A stretch of 64,000 nucleotides of DNA, taken from Podarcis filfolensis. Its lineage: Eukaryota. Both the position numbers and the translations under genes were made by a program. Each line of letters opens with the position of its first letter. Position 1 is the first letter of the stretch. A model generated the notes under the pieces. The model was not told the DNA's origin. It did not search any database and saw nothing but the letters and a program-made list of their open reading frames with translations. This document shows, piece after piece, positions 36,903-49,000 of this stretch. The stretch lies in the NCBI GenBank assembly GCA_964270895.1, contig OZ185440.1; one strand, written 5' to 3'.

Positions 36903-38987
36903 CTGATGGGGGGACAGGAAGGAGGAAAGAGTAAGGGAACTGTGATGACAAACTATGGATTATTAACACATGCAACCACACACACAAGATTTGGCACTAT
37001 CTGGACCCCCAAGTGTATCTACTGCTTTCTTCCACAAACACCTCTCTCACACAAAGAATTGTAGCTCTCTTTCTCTCCGCCCCCCCAAGAACTACAGAAA
37101 CAACCCCCCTCTTCAAACTGCAGACTATCTAAGGCTGCAATCCTATACACACTAACCTGGGAGTTTGATATGTTACATTATGTAGGTACATATGCTAGCT
37201 CTGGACACCAGCTTTAGAAACAGCATATTGCTACTGTTAGCAATAAAGGAATTAACAGTAACAAGGAGAAACACATGTGAAAATAGTATGTTCCTCCTGT
37301 AGTGAATGATCCTAGTGGAATAGGACATAGAAATGTCTTCGTGAAATGCTGTGGCTGGGCTCCAGAGCCTCTGATGAGACAGCACAAGCCAAGAGACTCA
37401 AACCAAATCAGGAAAAATGACCTACCAAAGCTTCAGGGCAATACTTGCCCTCCCCCCCTTCCACCAGCTGAACCCTTTCAACCATAACTCTCAGACTCCT
37501 GTAACCCTCCCTGTTAAGATAAGCAATAGCTGTGTACTGAGATAAGCTTCCTCAAAAACCAGCCAGAGAAGCAGCATGATCATCAGTGTAATCAATTTCT
37601 AAGTTTCTTGCATCAAGCAGAGTTACTTAAATTCTTGCAAAGAGTGCATTTACCTAAAGTGCATCTTACAAAGCAAGCAGATTTATGGTGCACGTCTCAT
37701 TTACTCATCTCTTTGCCTTCCAAAGCAACATGCTCGGGTTCTGAAGGAAGGCTCACAAGAATTCGCATCCACCCCACCCCAGGCAGGCAAGTGATCTCAT
37801 ACTACTGAACTGTCTGGACAGAGGAGCTCTTTGCTGCAACTTGCTCTGTAGCAAATGAGTTTGGCAGCGACACATATGTTTTCACTGGCAGCAAAACCCA
37901 GAAGCAAGCTCTTCAAAACAAGTGAGATCCACGGCTACTAAGGCACCAGCCAGCAGCAAAAGCTATTGTAGGAAGAAATACCTGAAACTGCTGCAAAGAC
38001 ATGATGTCCCATAGAAGTAATCAAGAGAGCCACAGGTCTGTACATGTCCACAGCCCTGCTTTGGAAACTCCCCCTCCCCTCAATTCTGCTTCCTCCAGTT
38101 CACAAAATGTACTGCCACTATCTCAATCACTGCCCACTTCCATTCCCAACAATGGCATTTTTAAAATGTGTGTCATTGTGTTTTATTGAACTTCAGTTTT
38201 TCTTGGTATGTATTAAGACTGTAATAATGTTGTCACACTGCAGTTGGTGTGACCAACTGCAGAGTGATGATGGAACAGCAGGCAGGCAGCCCAGACAGGC
38301 AGGTGAGTGACACGGGTGGCAGGTGGTCCAGGCAAGTGGTGTGGGTTGTGGACAGGCAAGTCACAGAGAAACAGCCAGGGCAGGGCAGGGCAGTTCCCCA
38401 GCAACCACAGTTTTGGTCCAGCATTGGAGGACAATGAGGCAGGAAGCAGCAGCAGAGCCAAATGTCCAACACTGACCTTTCTGCTGCTGTGCGGCTCACT
38501 TGGGCCACCCATTCTGCTTGCCTGGTCTGCCTTCCCCTCTTGCCTGCCTGCTGTTCTGTTGGGAGGCTGTTGCTGCGGGAAGGAGAGAAAAAGCCTGCAT
38601 TTTAAAATGCAATTTCTTTTTCTCTCTCTGAGTGACAGTGGTGGGACAATTAAAAGGAAACTTGCAGCAGGGCAGGAGTGCTAAGGTGAGAAAAGACTTT
38701 TCTCCTCTTCATTTACTTCATTTCACCCTACCAGTGGTGAAGTGTAAAGGGGAGAGGCTTTGGGTGAGGTTTGCGGGGTTGAGGTGTAAAGTGGAAGAGG
38801 GCTGGGGATTTGGAGGGGTGACATGTAGACAAGGCTGGCAAGCCGTGAGAGCAGGGGCGCAGGCCCAAGTAAAGTAATACAATCAAACCATGTTTTATAA
38901 ATGCTTAGGCAACACCTATGCAAAGGGGGATTCAGAGGATGGAGAATTAATAAAAGAAAGGAGGAGATAGGGAAGAACACACACTGA

Positions 38988-39170
<183 letters not shown>

Positions 39171-39734
39171 TAACAGTGCAAAGGAGAAGCCATTCTCCTA
39201 GGATGAATGAGACACGAAATGGCACAATTATTCAAGACAATGATACGAACGTCTATCCTGTCTGTTCACAGGAACATGAAAATATGCACAGCTGATCACT
39301 GCTCAAGAATGTTGCAACTTATGAGGTTACAGTGTGCTACATCAAAGGCTGGTTTCTTGCTCAGCCATCTGCAGGTGAGATTGCAAAGGTGCCTTAACTT
39401 GCTCTGTGTATATCAGAATGTGAGCTCCTCTATCTGTATTAAACTTGCTTTCTCTCAAGCTAATTAATAATTACATTTCTCAGCTGCCTGCTCAGAACTA
39501 TTCTATCAATATGAATGTTTGTTTTCACCCCACTCTGGGATCCATTGTGATGAAGAGTGGGTTAGAAATATTATAAACAAAAGCAGTAGACTACATCCAA
39601 GCCTGTGTGCATTCGATTGATTTCCCTCATGCTTTGAAGTTGTACAGAATTTGGTACTAGAAAGAGATTTCTGCCTTCCGAGCGTTTTAAGCTTTTATTG
39701 AAAAAGGAAAAATACACACACAATATTTTGTTTC

Positions 39735-40035
39735 TAATGGCTGCCAGCCCACTACATTCTTCATTCAAGGCCCTGCTCCATATCCTGCTGTTTGGGGACA
39801 TTCAACTGACTGGGACATGGGACAGTGGCTGCTTGGTTGTGGTGCCCAAGCTGTACAATTCCTTCCCCAAGAAGCCTGAATGGAGTTTTCGAGAGTTACA
39901 TATTTTCTTTGCTTCACCAAGCTTTTAGCTTGATTTGAGGGTTTTTATCCTTGCTGTTCTATATTCTGTTTTATTATTCATCAGTGCTTGTATTTTTTAT
40001 TATGTCCGGGGGCCCTTTGTGAAGCTTAAAAATGG
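39735..40035 (+). mobile_element. Old L2-like 3' end
   Basis: ttggttgtggtgcccaagctgtacaattccttccc (AP-LWN-LP-like) followed by a T-rich tail and ggggtataaat...aataaa. Confidence 0.5.
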
Positions 40036-41460
40036 GGTATAAATTGTTTAAATAAAGGAAGAAATATCTGTTTCTTCTAGAGCCTTTATGGACTGCTGTT
40101 GTTTAATTCCTGTGTTTTATTCCTGCTATTTTTAATATTTTATGTATTTCTTTTAGATTGTATTTTATTTTACTACTTATTTTTGTAAGCTACATCTAAT
40201 GTTTCCTGAAATGTGAGGTGATAATGATAACAATGATCATTATAACAGAATGATGATAGATTTTGCATATATAAAATGTATTGAAAATATGACATCCAAG
40301 CCAATATCAATAAGCAGACCGTGAAAGCAGACTGTGCAAATGAGCAAAATGCTCCAAACTGCAGGAGAACTCCACAATTTCCCTGAAGGGCAAAGCAGAA
40401 ATATGTGAAGCAGACCAGCATCCTGGTGGCACCCATTCAATCTTAACAGTTTATTTAAATGTAGTGTTTACCCTGACATCTTCACCAGACTCTAATCTCC
40501 TCACAGATCAGAGGAACCTCCACAGAAGGAGCATCTCTCTGAAATCTGCTCCAGCCAAATGTCTGAATTTATGAAACAGTCACCTGCAGATAAAAACATT
40601 TCTCTGCTAAACCAGCCCAATTGCTTCTTAAGTATTTAGCGTTGCTGAGTAAGATAAATGGGTTTTAGGAAGGCAGTGGCCTTAATAAAAAAGATTCAGC
40701 TGCTGCCACTGCTTGGGAGCACCAGAACCAATACAAGCAGAGCTAACACTGGCAGCTGGTATTTATGCTGGCTGCAATGCCCTTACAGCATTTCATTTTA
40801 GTCTTCATCATGACTCTCTATAGCCACTGTCTCTCTGCCCATGTCTGCAGTTTTGGGGGAGAGAGCTGTGATATGGATTACTTGGACTAGCCCTATCCTG
40901 ACATTTATTTCCCCTGTGTGTGAACTGTCATGGTAGTGAAGATTTGCCCTAGAACCACATACACACGCCTGCTGAATGCACAATAATTCTTCACTTCAGG
41001 TGTCGGCTTTTTTGTTTTTTTTTACCAATGGATATCATGTGGATTTTGCTAATAAAGCCAACTTAAGTGGTTACAGAATCCTTGTCTCAGAGGAGAGGTT
41101 GCTATTATTCTTGTTCTTTGGTGTGGAGATGGCTAGTTCTAAAGACATATTTATGTGCTTGTGCTATCTCAAGCTGCTGTCAGAGACTGCTGAGCTAGAT
41201 GGACCACTGGATTTGACTCATCCACAACATGCATTTAAAGCATAGGGCTTTCCCCAAAGAATCCTGGGAATTGTAGTTTATCCCTCATAGAGCAAAAATT
41301 CAAACTACAGTTCCCAGAATTCTTTTTTTTTTGGGGGGGGGGAGACACCATGTGCTTTAAACATGTGATATAAGTATAAGACAGCTGCCTATGCTCTTAT
41401 TCTATTCTGAAGGCTTGCAACTTTTTAACATGGCCCATCTAGACCAGCATCCTGTTGGTG

Positions 41461-41577
41461 GGCAGGAGCAGGGATCGAGCAACGGGAGCTCACCCTGTCG
41501 TGGGGATTCGAACCACCAACCTTCTGATCGGCAAGTCCTAGGCTCTGTGGTTTAACCCACAGCGCCACCCACGTCCC
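41461..41577 (-). mobile_element. Sauria SINE, 5' ~117 nt only (3' truncated)
   Basis: GGGACGTGGGTGGCGCTGTGGGTTAAACCACAGAGCCTAGG...GGTTCGAATCCCC...; near-identical to the heads of the two full-length copies. Confidence 0.9.
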
Positions 41578-41579
41578 TT

Positions 41580-41621
41580 TGGTCCTTTGAACCGGAAACG
41601 AACCAGCGACCTAAGGATCTA
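41580..41621 (-). pseudogene. Retroposed 3' half of mature tRNA-Tyr(GTA) with CCA
   Basis: TAGATCCTTAGGTCGCTGGTTCGTTTCCGGTTCAAAGGACCA versus vertebrate tRNA-Tyr TAGATCCTTAGGTCGCTGGTTCGATTCCGGCTCGAAGGA+CCA (3 differences in 42 nt; reference recalled from memory). Confidence 0.85.
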
Positions 41622-41822
41622 AAGACATAGTAACACCCAAATGAATTTTGTACCAAATTATTATACCTAGATTATTCTTGTGGTTTAAATTAATTGTGAG
41701 ATGCTAAACACAATAGGGAGGAGGGTGTAACCTGACTTCAAAACAGTAACTCTAAGTACTGGAAGACAAATCCACCCTTTTCTAATTGATGGGTAAATTT
41801 CAGATGCTTCCTACACATTCAT

Positions 41823-42170
41823 GGGAACGCAGGTGGCGCTGTGGGTTAAACCACAGAGCCTAGGACTTGCCGATCAGAAGGTTGGCAGTTCGAATCCCTG
41901 CGACGGGGTGAGCTCCCGTTGCTCGGTCCCAGCTCCTGCCAACCTAGCAGTTCAAAAGCACGTCAAAGTGCAAGTAGATAAATAGGTACCGCTCCGGCGG
42001 GAAGGTAAACGGCGTTTCCGTGTGCTGCTCTGGTTTGCCAGAAGCGGCTTAGTCATGCTGGCCACATGACCCGGAAGCTCCCTCGGCCAGTAAAGCGAGA
42101 TGAGCGCCGCAACCCCAGAGTTGGCCACGACTGGACCTAATGGTCAGGGGTCCCTTTACCTTTACCTTTA
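41823..42170 (+). mobile_element. Full-length Sauria SINE
   Basis: tRNA-like head with A box TGGCGCTGTGG and B box GTTCGAATCC; (ACCTTT)n tail; 11-bp TSD TACACATTCAT at 41812-41822 and 42169-42179. Confidence 0.95.
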
Positions 42171-44378
42171 CACATTCATATTTCTCCTTACCTACATATA
42201 CGAGGGCTAGGAAATCTTGTTCATTTTTGTTCTCTAAACTGATTATTGCTTCCTGAAAGCTCCCATATGTAATTTTAATACATAATCTTAAGTATGTATG
42301 GGATTGTAAGAAATGGCAGACATTAGCTTCATTTTCCTATAGTCATCTGAATAAACTGACCAAGTTTATTTGTTCCATCTATATAGTCTTTGTCTCTATG
42401 CCTCTATGTGTGAACATTTCCATAAGGAGGGAAGCCTGTGGTTGCAAATCAGACAGTCTGAGAAGAGACTCTACCGTTAGATGTCTTATTTGATACCACA
42501 CAGTATCAAAGTACAAGGTGTGAAAACAGCCCAGATCCAATCCAAGGATGAACTGAGCCAGGATTGGCCTAAGGCATGAGCTCTACAAAATACTGTGAAG
42601 TATCTCAGCCGGAAACTGGATGATCACATAAGAAATAAATGAAGCATGGCATCAGGAAGTAAATCAGAATGAAGCAATGCCAGGGCTAGAGGCAAGCAGG
42701 GAAGCAGGAATGGTCAAATCCAACTTGGTCTGCATCTGAGCAATGAGTTACTCAGACTGTGTAGCTAAGCTAGAGACAGCAGGTTTTTATATGGCCAGGT
42801 GGAACCCTATTTGGCTTTTGTGTTAGGTAATTCCAGGAAGCAGGAAAGTGTGTATATGGTAAGGCAGTCCTCCTGGTCCCAAGTAATATGACGGACGGAT
42901 GGGTAGTTGAAGGGGGAAGGGGAGGAGTGGGAAAGGGCATTCTTTACCCAAAGCAGCCTGGCAAGCAAACCTCCCAGGTGGTCTGAAGATTCCCTGCCTC
43001 TGTCTCCAAGGTCCAAGTGAAAGACAGTGGTAGAGTGGGATGAGGTGGCAGTCTAACCTGCCAGGCTCAGAAATATTACATAATTGGTTCTTAACTCTGT
43101 TGGGACTCGCTCCCAGTCACATGGCTGAGGAATATCAGTCAATAAAATGTGCATGATAAAAGCACTTAGCACTGTAGTCATAGGTAGGGAACAAAAGAGG
43201 TATGGGGGGCACAAGGAAATGTTTCCCCATCATAAGGTCTCAGTTCCCACCTTCAACAAGGTCAACTGAACCTATGGAACCCCTTTCTATATTAATTTAC
43301 CCTGGAAGGGAAGTAGGATAGGAAGAATCTAGGAACTCAGCAAGATATGGCAACAGACTACTATACTGCATTTCTACCTTTCAAAGGCCAGATATGAAGG
43401 GACATTAGCTAGCCTCTGATCTCTGCCATATGGGGAAACACTAATGCAGAGACATGCCCATGAAGGACAGGAGACCATGGAACATGCACTTGCAAACTTA
43501 GTGTTCTAAAAGAACAGTGGTGAAATCTGTTCTTAATGCCCAGGAAGGTTCATTTTCTCTCTAACAGAGGACTCCCTCCCCCCAGTTCAAAAAGCAAATG
43601 CAATCAAGTTATTTCATTTAGAGGAGATTAACAGCATAGTTTACTTGGGACCAAATCTTTAACCCCAAAGACCAAAAGAACACGGCAGCAAGTTGATGAT
43701 TAATTTCACCAGCCTAAAGGACAACTTTGAGGAAATTGGAAGAGGCATTGGGCTGCTTCACAAATACAAAAATTCGACAAAGTCTGTAGGAATCATGATG
43801 GTCTAAGCTGAGCAGTGAAGTCTTGAGCTAGCAGGTCTTTGTCTCACTTTATTCCCCCCCTCACTCCTTGTTGGGGTAGGTTTGGGTTGTATGTGGAGTG
43901 GGTAGTGGTTGTATGTGTGTTGGGGGGTTGGGGGGTTGGCTGTGCTTTACTCCCTGCTGAGAAAGATGCAAATGAATCAAGTGTTGTATTAATGAGATAT
44001 ATTAATTAGTCAACATAGCTCTCCAGTAATCCTATTGGGTTCCATTCAAACAGTCTAGCTCACAAATGATCACACCTAGACTGCAACTGTAGAAGTCCCA
44101 GAAACGTCTGCCTTGTCCTGCTCCCTGATACTCCCAGTTCATTCCATCTCAACCCTTTTCACATCGTTCTCTCCCAAAATTTGTTTAGGCTCTCAACTAT
44201 AGTAAGGAAGCCTGTAACAAAGAAAATGCATGTTCTTTGCCATAATATAGCTCTTTCTCTCTAACCATATAAAGTGAAAAAGCCCATGACAAAGCAAATA
44301 CAGGCCCTTCTCCAAAATATATTATTTATCTGTCTGTCCATGCATGCATCCATCCATCCCACTCATACCCGGATATAC

Positions 44379-44572
44379 CTGGGACTCTGCTACCATGACG
44401 TCTTTCATGATAGGCAACCCAACTGGCTCATTGTTCTCCAGCTTCACACAGATGACTTGGTAGCCTCGGATCTGGCCATGCTGCTTGTTAGAGATAGGTG
44501 ACTTCCAGGTAACACGAATGGTTGTGGAGTTCACTGATTCTACCTCCACTTTCCGAGGTGGAGCACTGGGCA
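44379..44572 (-). CDS. PTPRF: FN5 first part (194 nt) [12 protein letters not shown]...DVMVAESQ
   Basis: cttccag|TGCCC ... CAG|gtatat; phase 1-0. Confidence 0.96.
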
Positions 44573-46710
44573 CTGGAAGGCACATGAGAAAATTTCATCA
44601 GAGACAACAGCATTGCTTCTGGGGTGGAGACACACATCACCCCAGATTACAAAGCAGAATTCACAGTAGAGTGAATGGCAAATATCCATGATTGTACTGT
44701 GGGACTAAGCTGTCCTGCTATTCAAGACGTGGCATAAGGAGATGCAAAGCTCTGTCTAGATTACTAGTACCCACACAACCCAATATATACATATCAATGA
44801 GTGGACATATTACAGGCACAATGGGAACATAGTTAATGATTTACCATGAATATGCCAGGAGCGTCCACTTCATACCTCCATAGTGAATGGAAAAACAAAC
44901 CACAACCCCTAGCTATGGGAGTTGCTCCAGAAGAATACCACGGTCAAAGCTATCAAAAGCCACCAAAAGATCAAGGAGAACAAGCAGGGTTACACTCCCT
45001 TCATCTGTTTCCCAACAAATGTCATCAACCAGGGGGACTAAGGTGCTTTTTGGTGTAAAGTCTGGGCCTGAAACTGGACTGAAATTAATGATTTACTGTG
45101 TCCAAATGCTGCCACTGATGAAAATTTATTAAATTTATTAAAATTGCTCTAAGGTCAGCTGCTCTATAGCCTAAAGTGGGAGGCTGGTAATGAGGGAGGA
45201 AGGCAGTCCTAGGAGACTCATATTCTTGGCTGGCCATTCAGCTTACAGAATGATTTCTGAGAGCAGTGTTCCTTCCAGAGAGCATCCTTGCTGTATTGCT
45301 ACTCAGAATTTGCTTGAAAAAAATAAGACCAGAATTCTGTTATTGCAGGGCAAATCCGCAGCCCCTGTAAACACACTGTGTCCCATTTGCTAGTGCAGAA
45401 CAAGGTTAATTGGGGGCAGAGAACTGGATGGAACCTGTAAGGACTGTTCTACGCAGACACTCGGCAGGCAGGCAAGGCAGCCGCTCACCCTCTGGCAACT
45501 GGTTGTTTCCACAGATCTCACTCTTAATTGCAGATAATTACTTGAAGAGGAGCACAGAGGGGAAAGATACATATATTAGCAGGGGGAGGAGGCAAGCCTA
45601 ATCGGTGAATGAGAAAGGGGATCATGGACCTCATTCCATCTTTCTGCATAAACTGCAAAATGGGGCGTCTTTCCCAGATGGTTATTCCTCATCCGAAAAA
45701 TGTGTGGAAAGCAAACTACATTGCAGTGTAGTAACTGGACAACACTCCCCTTCTGCTCCAACAGTTAGACATGGCTAGGAAAGTGCTTGTGACGGTTCTG
45801 TCAAGGCACAGCAATCACGAGACTTACCTATACCTGCCGATAAAGGGCAGAGTCTCAAGCTAACAGCAACTAACAAGGGACTGAATTGTTGGGTCAATGG
45901 AGGTCACCCCAATTATGAGGAGGGTATATTAGCTACCAGTACTTTTCAAGATTCAAAAAGCACTCTCACCCCCTTTTTGTGCTACCACCTATGAAAAATG
46001 AGTGCATCAGAAGGTTTTAAAACCACTCCTAACAGAGAGCTTAGCTGGAAGAGCCAACTGTACGGCCCTCAAACTTATGCAGAGAGCTTGCTGCGACATT
46101 TCTAGGGTAGCAGTGTCCCTCCGGCTAAGGCTTTGCTAAATGAGAACTGAAGCAAACAATTCAGGCAGCAGGACATACAGATGTGCAAGCAAGCTTCAGA
46201 AGTAGGCAATGAACATTGCTATGCAAGGCTTTACAGGGCTGCAGTGGTGCAAGCAACAGCACAGCATGGGTGGTACAACTGAAGTATGCCTGCTCTCAGT
46301 TTACTGAGTGGCTCCCTTTTTCTATTTGCCTCTCTGTGCCCTTTCTGGTCTCTGAGGCAAGGATGCAGCCTGGGAAGCGCCTTCTGACAGTGCAAGGACT
46401 GGCACTTTCTACAGAAGAGTTTTAAACTGGCATGACATATCTGACAGACTAGCCATAACAATGCAATTTTTGCTTCAGAATGTCCTTGATAGAGAGCTGC
46501 TTTGCCCATGTGATAGAGAAGAGGAACAGATTCATGTAGGAAGCAGGCATTTTGATTATATTTCATACATATTAACCCCATCATTCTTATTGACTACATT
46601 TAGACCCCCCCCCCCATTTCTGTAGAGCTGAGAACAGCACTACAAATGCTATTCCTTTGGCAGGACCCAAAAGAGCCCTTGTTACCTTCAGTCATGGGTC
46701 AAGAACCTAC

Positions 46711-47016
46711 CGTCTTCATCAGTGCGAACCCAGACCGGGATGCTCTCTGGCCCAGGACCCACGTCTGTGTGAGCCCTCACCCACACTTTGTACTCTGTCC
46801 ATTTCTCCAGGCTGTTGATCTCCCAGCTTGAATGTTCGTGTCCAATGCCCTCAACCACACGCTTGCTGGTGTCCTCTCCTTCCACCGCTTGGTATGCGAT
46901 AGAATACTGTGTGATGACTCCATTGCGGCTCTGAGCCGGTGGTGGTACCCAACTTACCCGGATAGAGGTGGAGCTGGTACTTACACACACGACCTCTTGG
47001 GGTGGGGCAGAAGGGG
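46711..47016 (-). CDS. PTPRF: FN4 exon (306 nt) TPSAPPQEVVC...VRTDED
   Basis: tccctag|CCCCT ... GACG|gtaggt; phase 1-1. Confidence 0.97.
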
Positions 47017-47139
47017 CTAGGGATAAATAAAATGAAGCAAGTGGGGAGATGAGGGGAAATGATTGGGCAAAATACATAATTTACAGGGAGCTCTTACCCA
47101 GCCAACAGAGCCTCAATAAACATAGAACAAAACCCACTA

Positions 47140-47322
47140 GGCCCGATTCAATTGAATAGTCGTCTGGCTATTCCCTCTCATTCACCTGTGCACCCCACCA
47201 ACTACTCTGGGCGATTGGGTGAACCCCCAGAACTGGGTGCAGTGGGGGGGGAGTAGAAGTGATATTATTCCATCTGGCAAGCAGATATGCTATTCCGCCT
47301 GGCCTTTAATTTGAATTGAGCC
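47140..47322. mobile_element. Degenerate MITE
   Basis: Imperfect terminal inverted repeats GGCCCGATTCAATT / AATTTGAATTGAGCC; no clear TSD. Confidence 0.4.
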
Positions 47323-48867
47323 TGATCTATTATTTTCCTTCTGTTCACTCCCCATCCCCTTTTATGAAGATTACCCGCTCTGAGACCCCACAGCTAATTC
47401 TCCCCTAGCCTCCTCTGTAGAGGTTGCCTAAAAAGAAGAGAGAACTAGAAAGTACAAGACTTAGACAGATGTGAGATCAATAGGATAAGTAACAGATGAG
47501 AATAGGAGAGCAGGAATCAAGAAGGAAGAATCTGAAGTATGAAAATTATTGAAACCAAGAAGAAAAGTAAGGACAGTGTTGTTTTGTTCCTTGAATAACC
47601 TGATGATGCTCAAGCTGAGGAAGGCTATTGGAGTATACATCTTCTGAGGACAATCTGACTGTACACTAACTGGCAAGCAAGCAATCCTGGAGAATTGGAT
47701 TCTTTGCATCTGACATATTGCTCCAAACCTGGGAGCAGGGCACAGAACTGGAGGCTCCTAAGGCTATGAGGAAGGTTCCTAAAGAGGTAAAAAAAAGTAC
47801 TACAAACAACACTGCTGAGGTGGATCTGAAAGGTAGAGAGTAAAGAAAGCAAGCCAAGGCAATGCAGGAAAGTAGACAAAGTGAATATAGGTATAACCCA
47901 AGAAGGATACACGGGGTATGAGAAGCAGACAAGAAGAGAGCCTAAATTAACTGGAAACAATCCTTTTACTAATGAATTTGGAGATTTTGGAGAACAGGCC
48001 TCACTTGACAAAGCTCTCAGCAACTAGAAGCAAAAGAACTATCAGCAAACATAATAAATGGATCAACACATGAGACACAGTGATTTCCCACATCTACTGA
48101 TGGCTGGGTAAGAGTCACACCTGAATAGTGCCAATAATAAGCTGCAGCTTAACATCAGAGGACAAAATAAAACACAGCAACACAAGCAAAATACATGGGA
48201 AAAGTACATGAGAAAGAAATGCACACCAACATGCACGTGCACACACACACCCACACACATTTTGAACCACGACACACACAAATATTCTCAGAGGCAAAAT
48301 GAACCCATTCACTATTCTCAGGTTATGCCCTCCCTGGAGATGTAAGGGCCTCTAAATCATGCTTATGAGAATGGCTACTTGTGTGATGAGCACTGGGTAA
48401 CCTAATTTCAATGTTTCTATGTTTAGTACCAGATGACTGATCTTCTCAACATGATATTATCCTCAAGAAAAATGCTAGGAGCGGCAGCACTTTTCCCAGA
48501 GATAATGTATCAAAGGACATAGATCCTATGTGTGATTAGAGGAGCATCTTATTTGGGCTGTTCAACAATTAAGGTCAGGATTCCCCATATCTGCCTTTGC
48601 AAACTATTCTTCTAAAACAGAAAAAAATGGCTTCAAGTTTTCATTTGAGCCAGGGTGCAGCCTTGGATCCCAAGTTCTCAAAAATCATGCCCTGCCTGAG
48701 CTGCTTAATCCTTCCCTTGTTAGCTGCCTTTCCCTCAAACTCCACCCCACCGTTTTCATCTTGTCTGTTTCACTGAATGTGTTTACCTTGCAAGCACAAA
48801 CCTTGAACTCCATTGGGGTGGGATGGGGAAAACAACTTGAAAGGTAAAGCACTGTTGTCCTATACCA

Positions 48868-49000
48868 CAGGGGTAACCAATGTGGTCTCCTCTGTATGTT
48901 GTGGACTACAGCTCCGATAATCCCTGACTATTGGTCATGCTGGCTGGGGTTGATGGAGTTTGGGCCCAAAGCATCTGGAAGGCATGGTGTTGGCTACTCT
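48868..49000. mobile_element. Degenerate hAT-type MITE
   Basis: caggggtaaccaa...ggactacagctcc...ttgatggagtttgggcccaaagcatctggaagg...ttggctactct; same architecture as 382-517. Confidence 0.55.

Noticed and set aside
38200-38700. GC-rich block with overlapping ORFs and plus-strand donor-like sites as an antisense gene
   Set aside because: Low-complexity CAGG/GGCA-rich sequence with no coherent exon chain or protein motif.
42520-43070. Possible solo Gypsy LTR remnant
   Set aside because: Only a general resemblance; I could not define TG...CA ends or a TSD.
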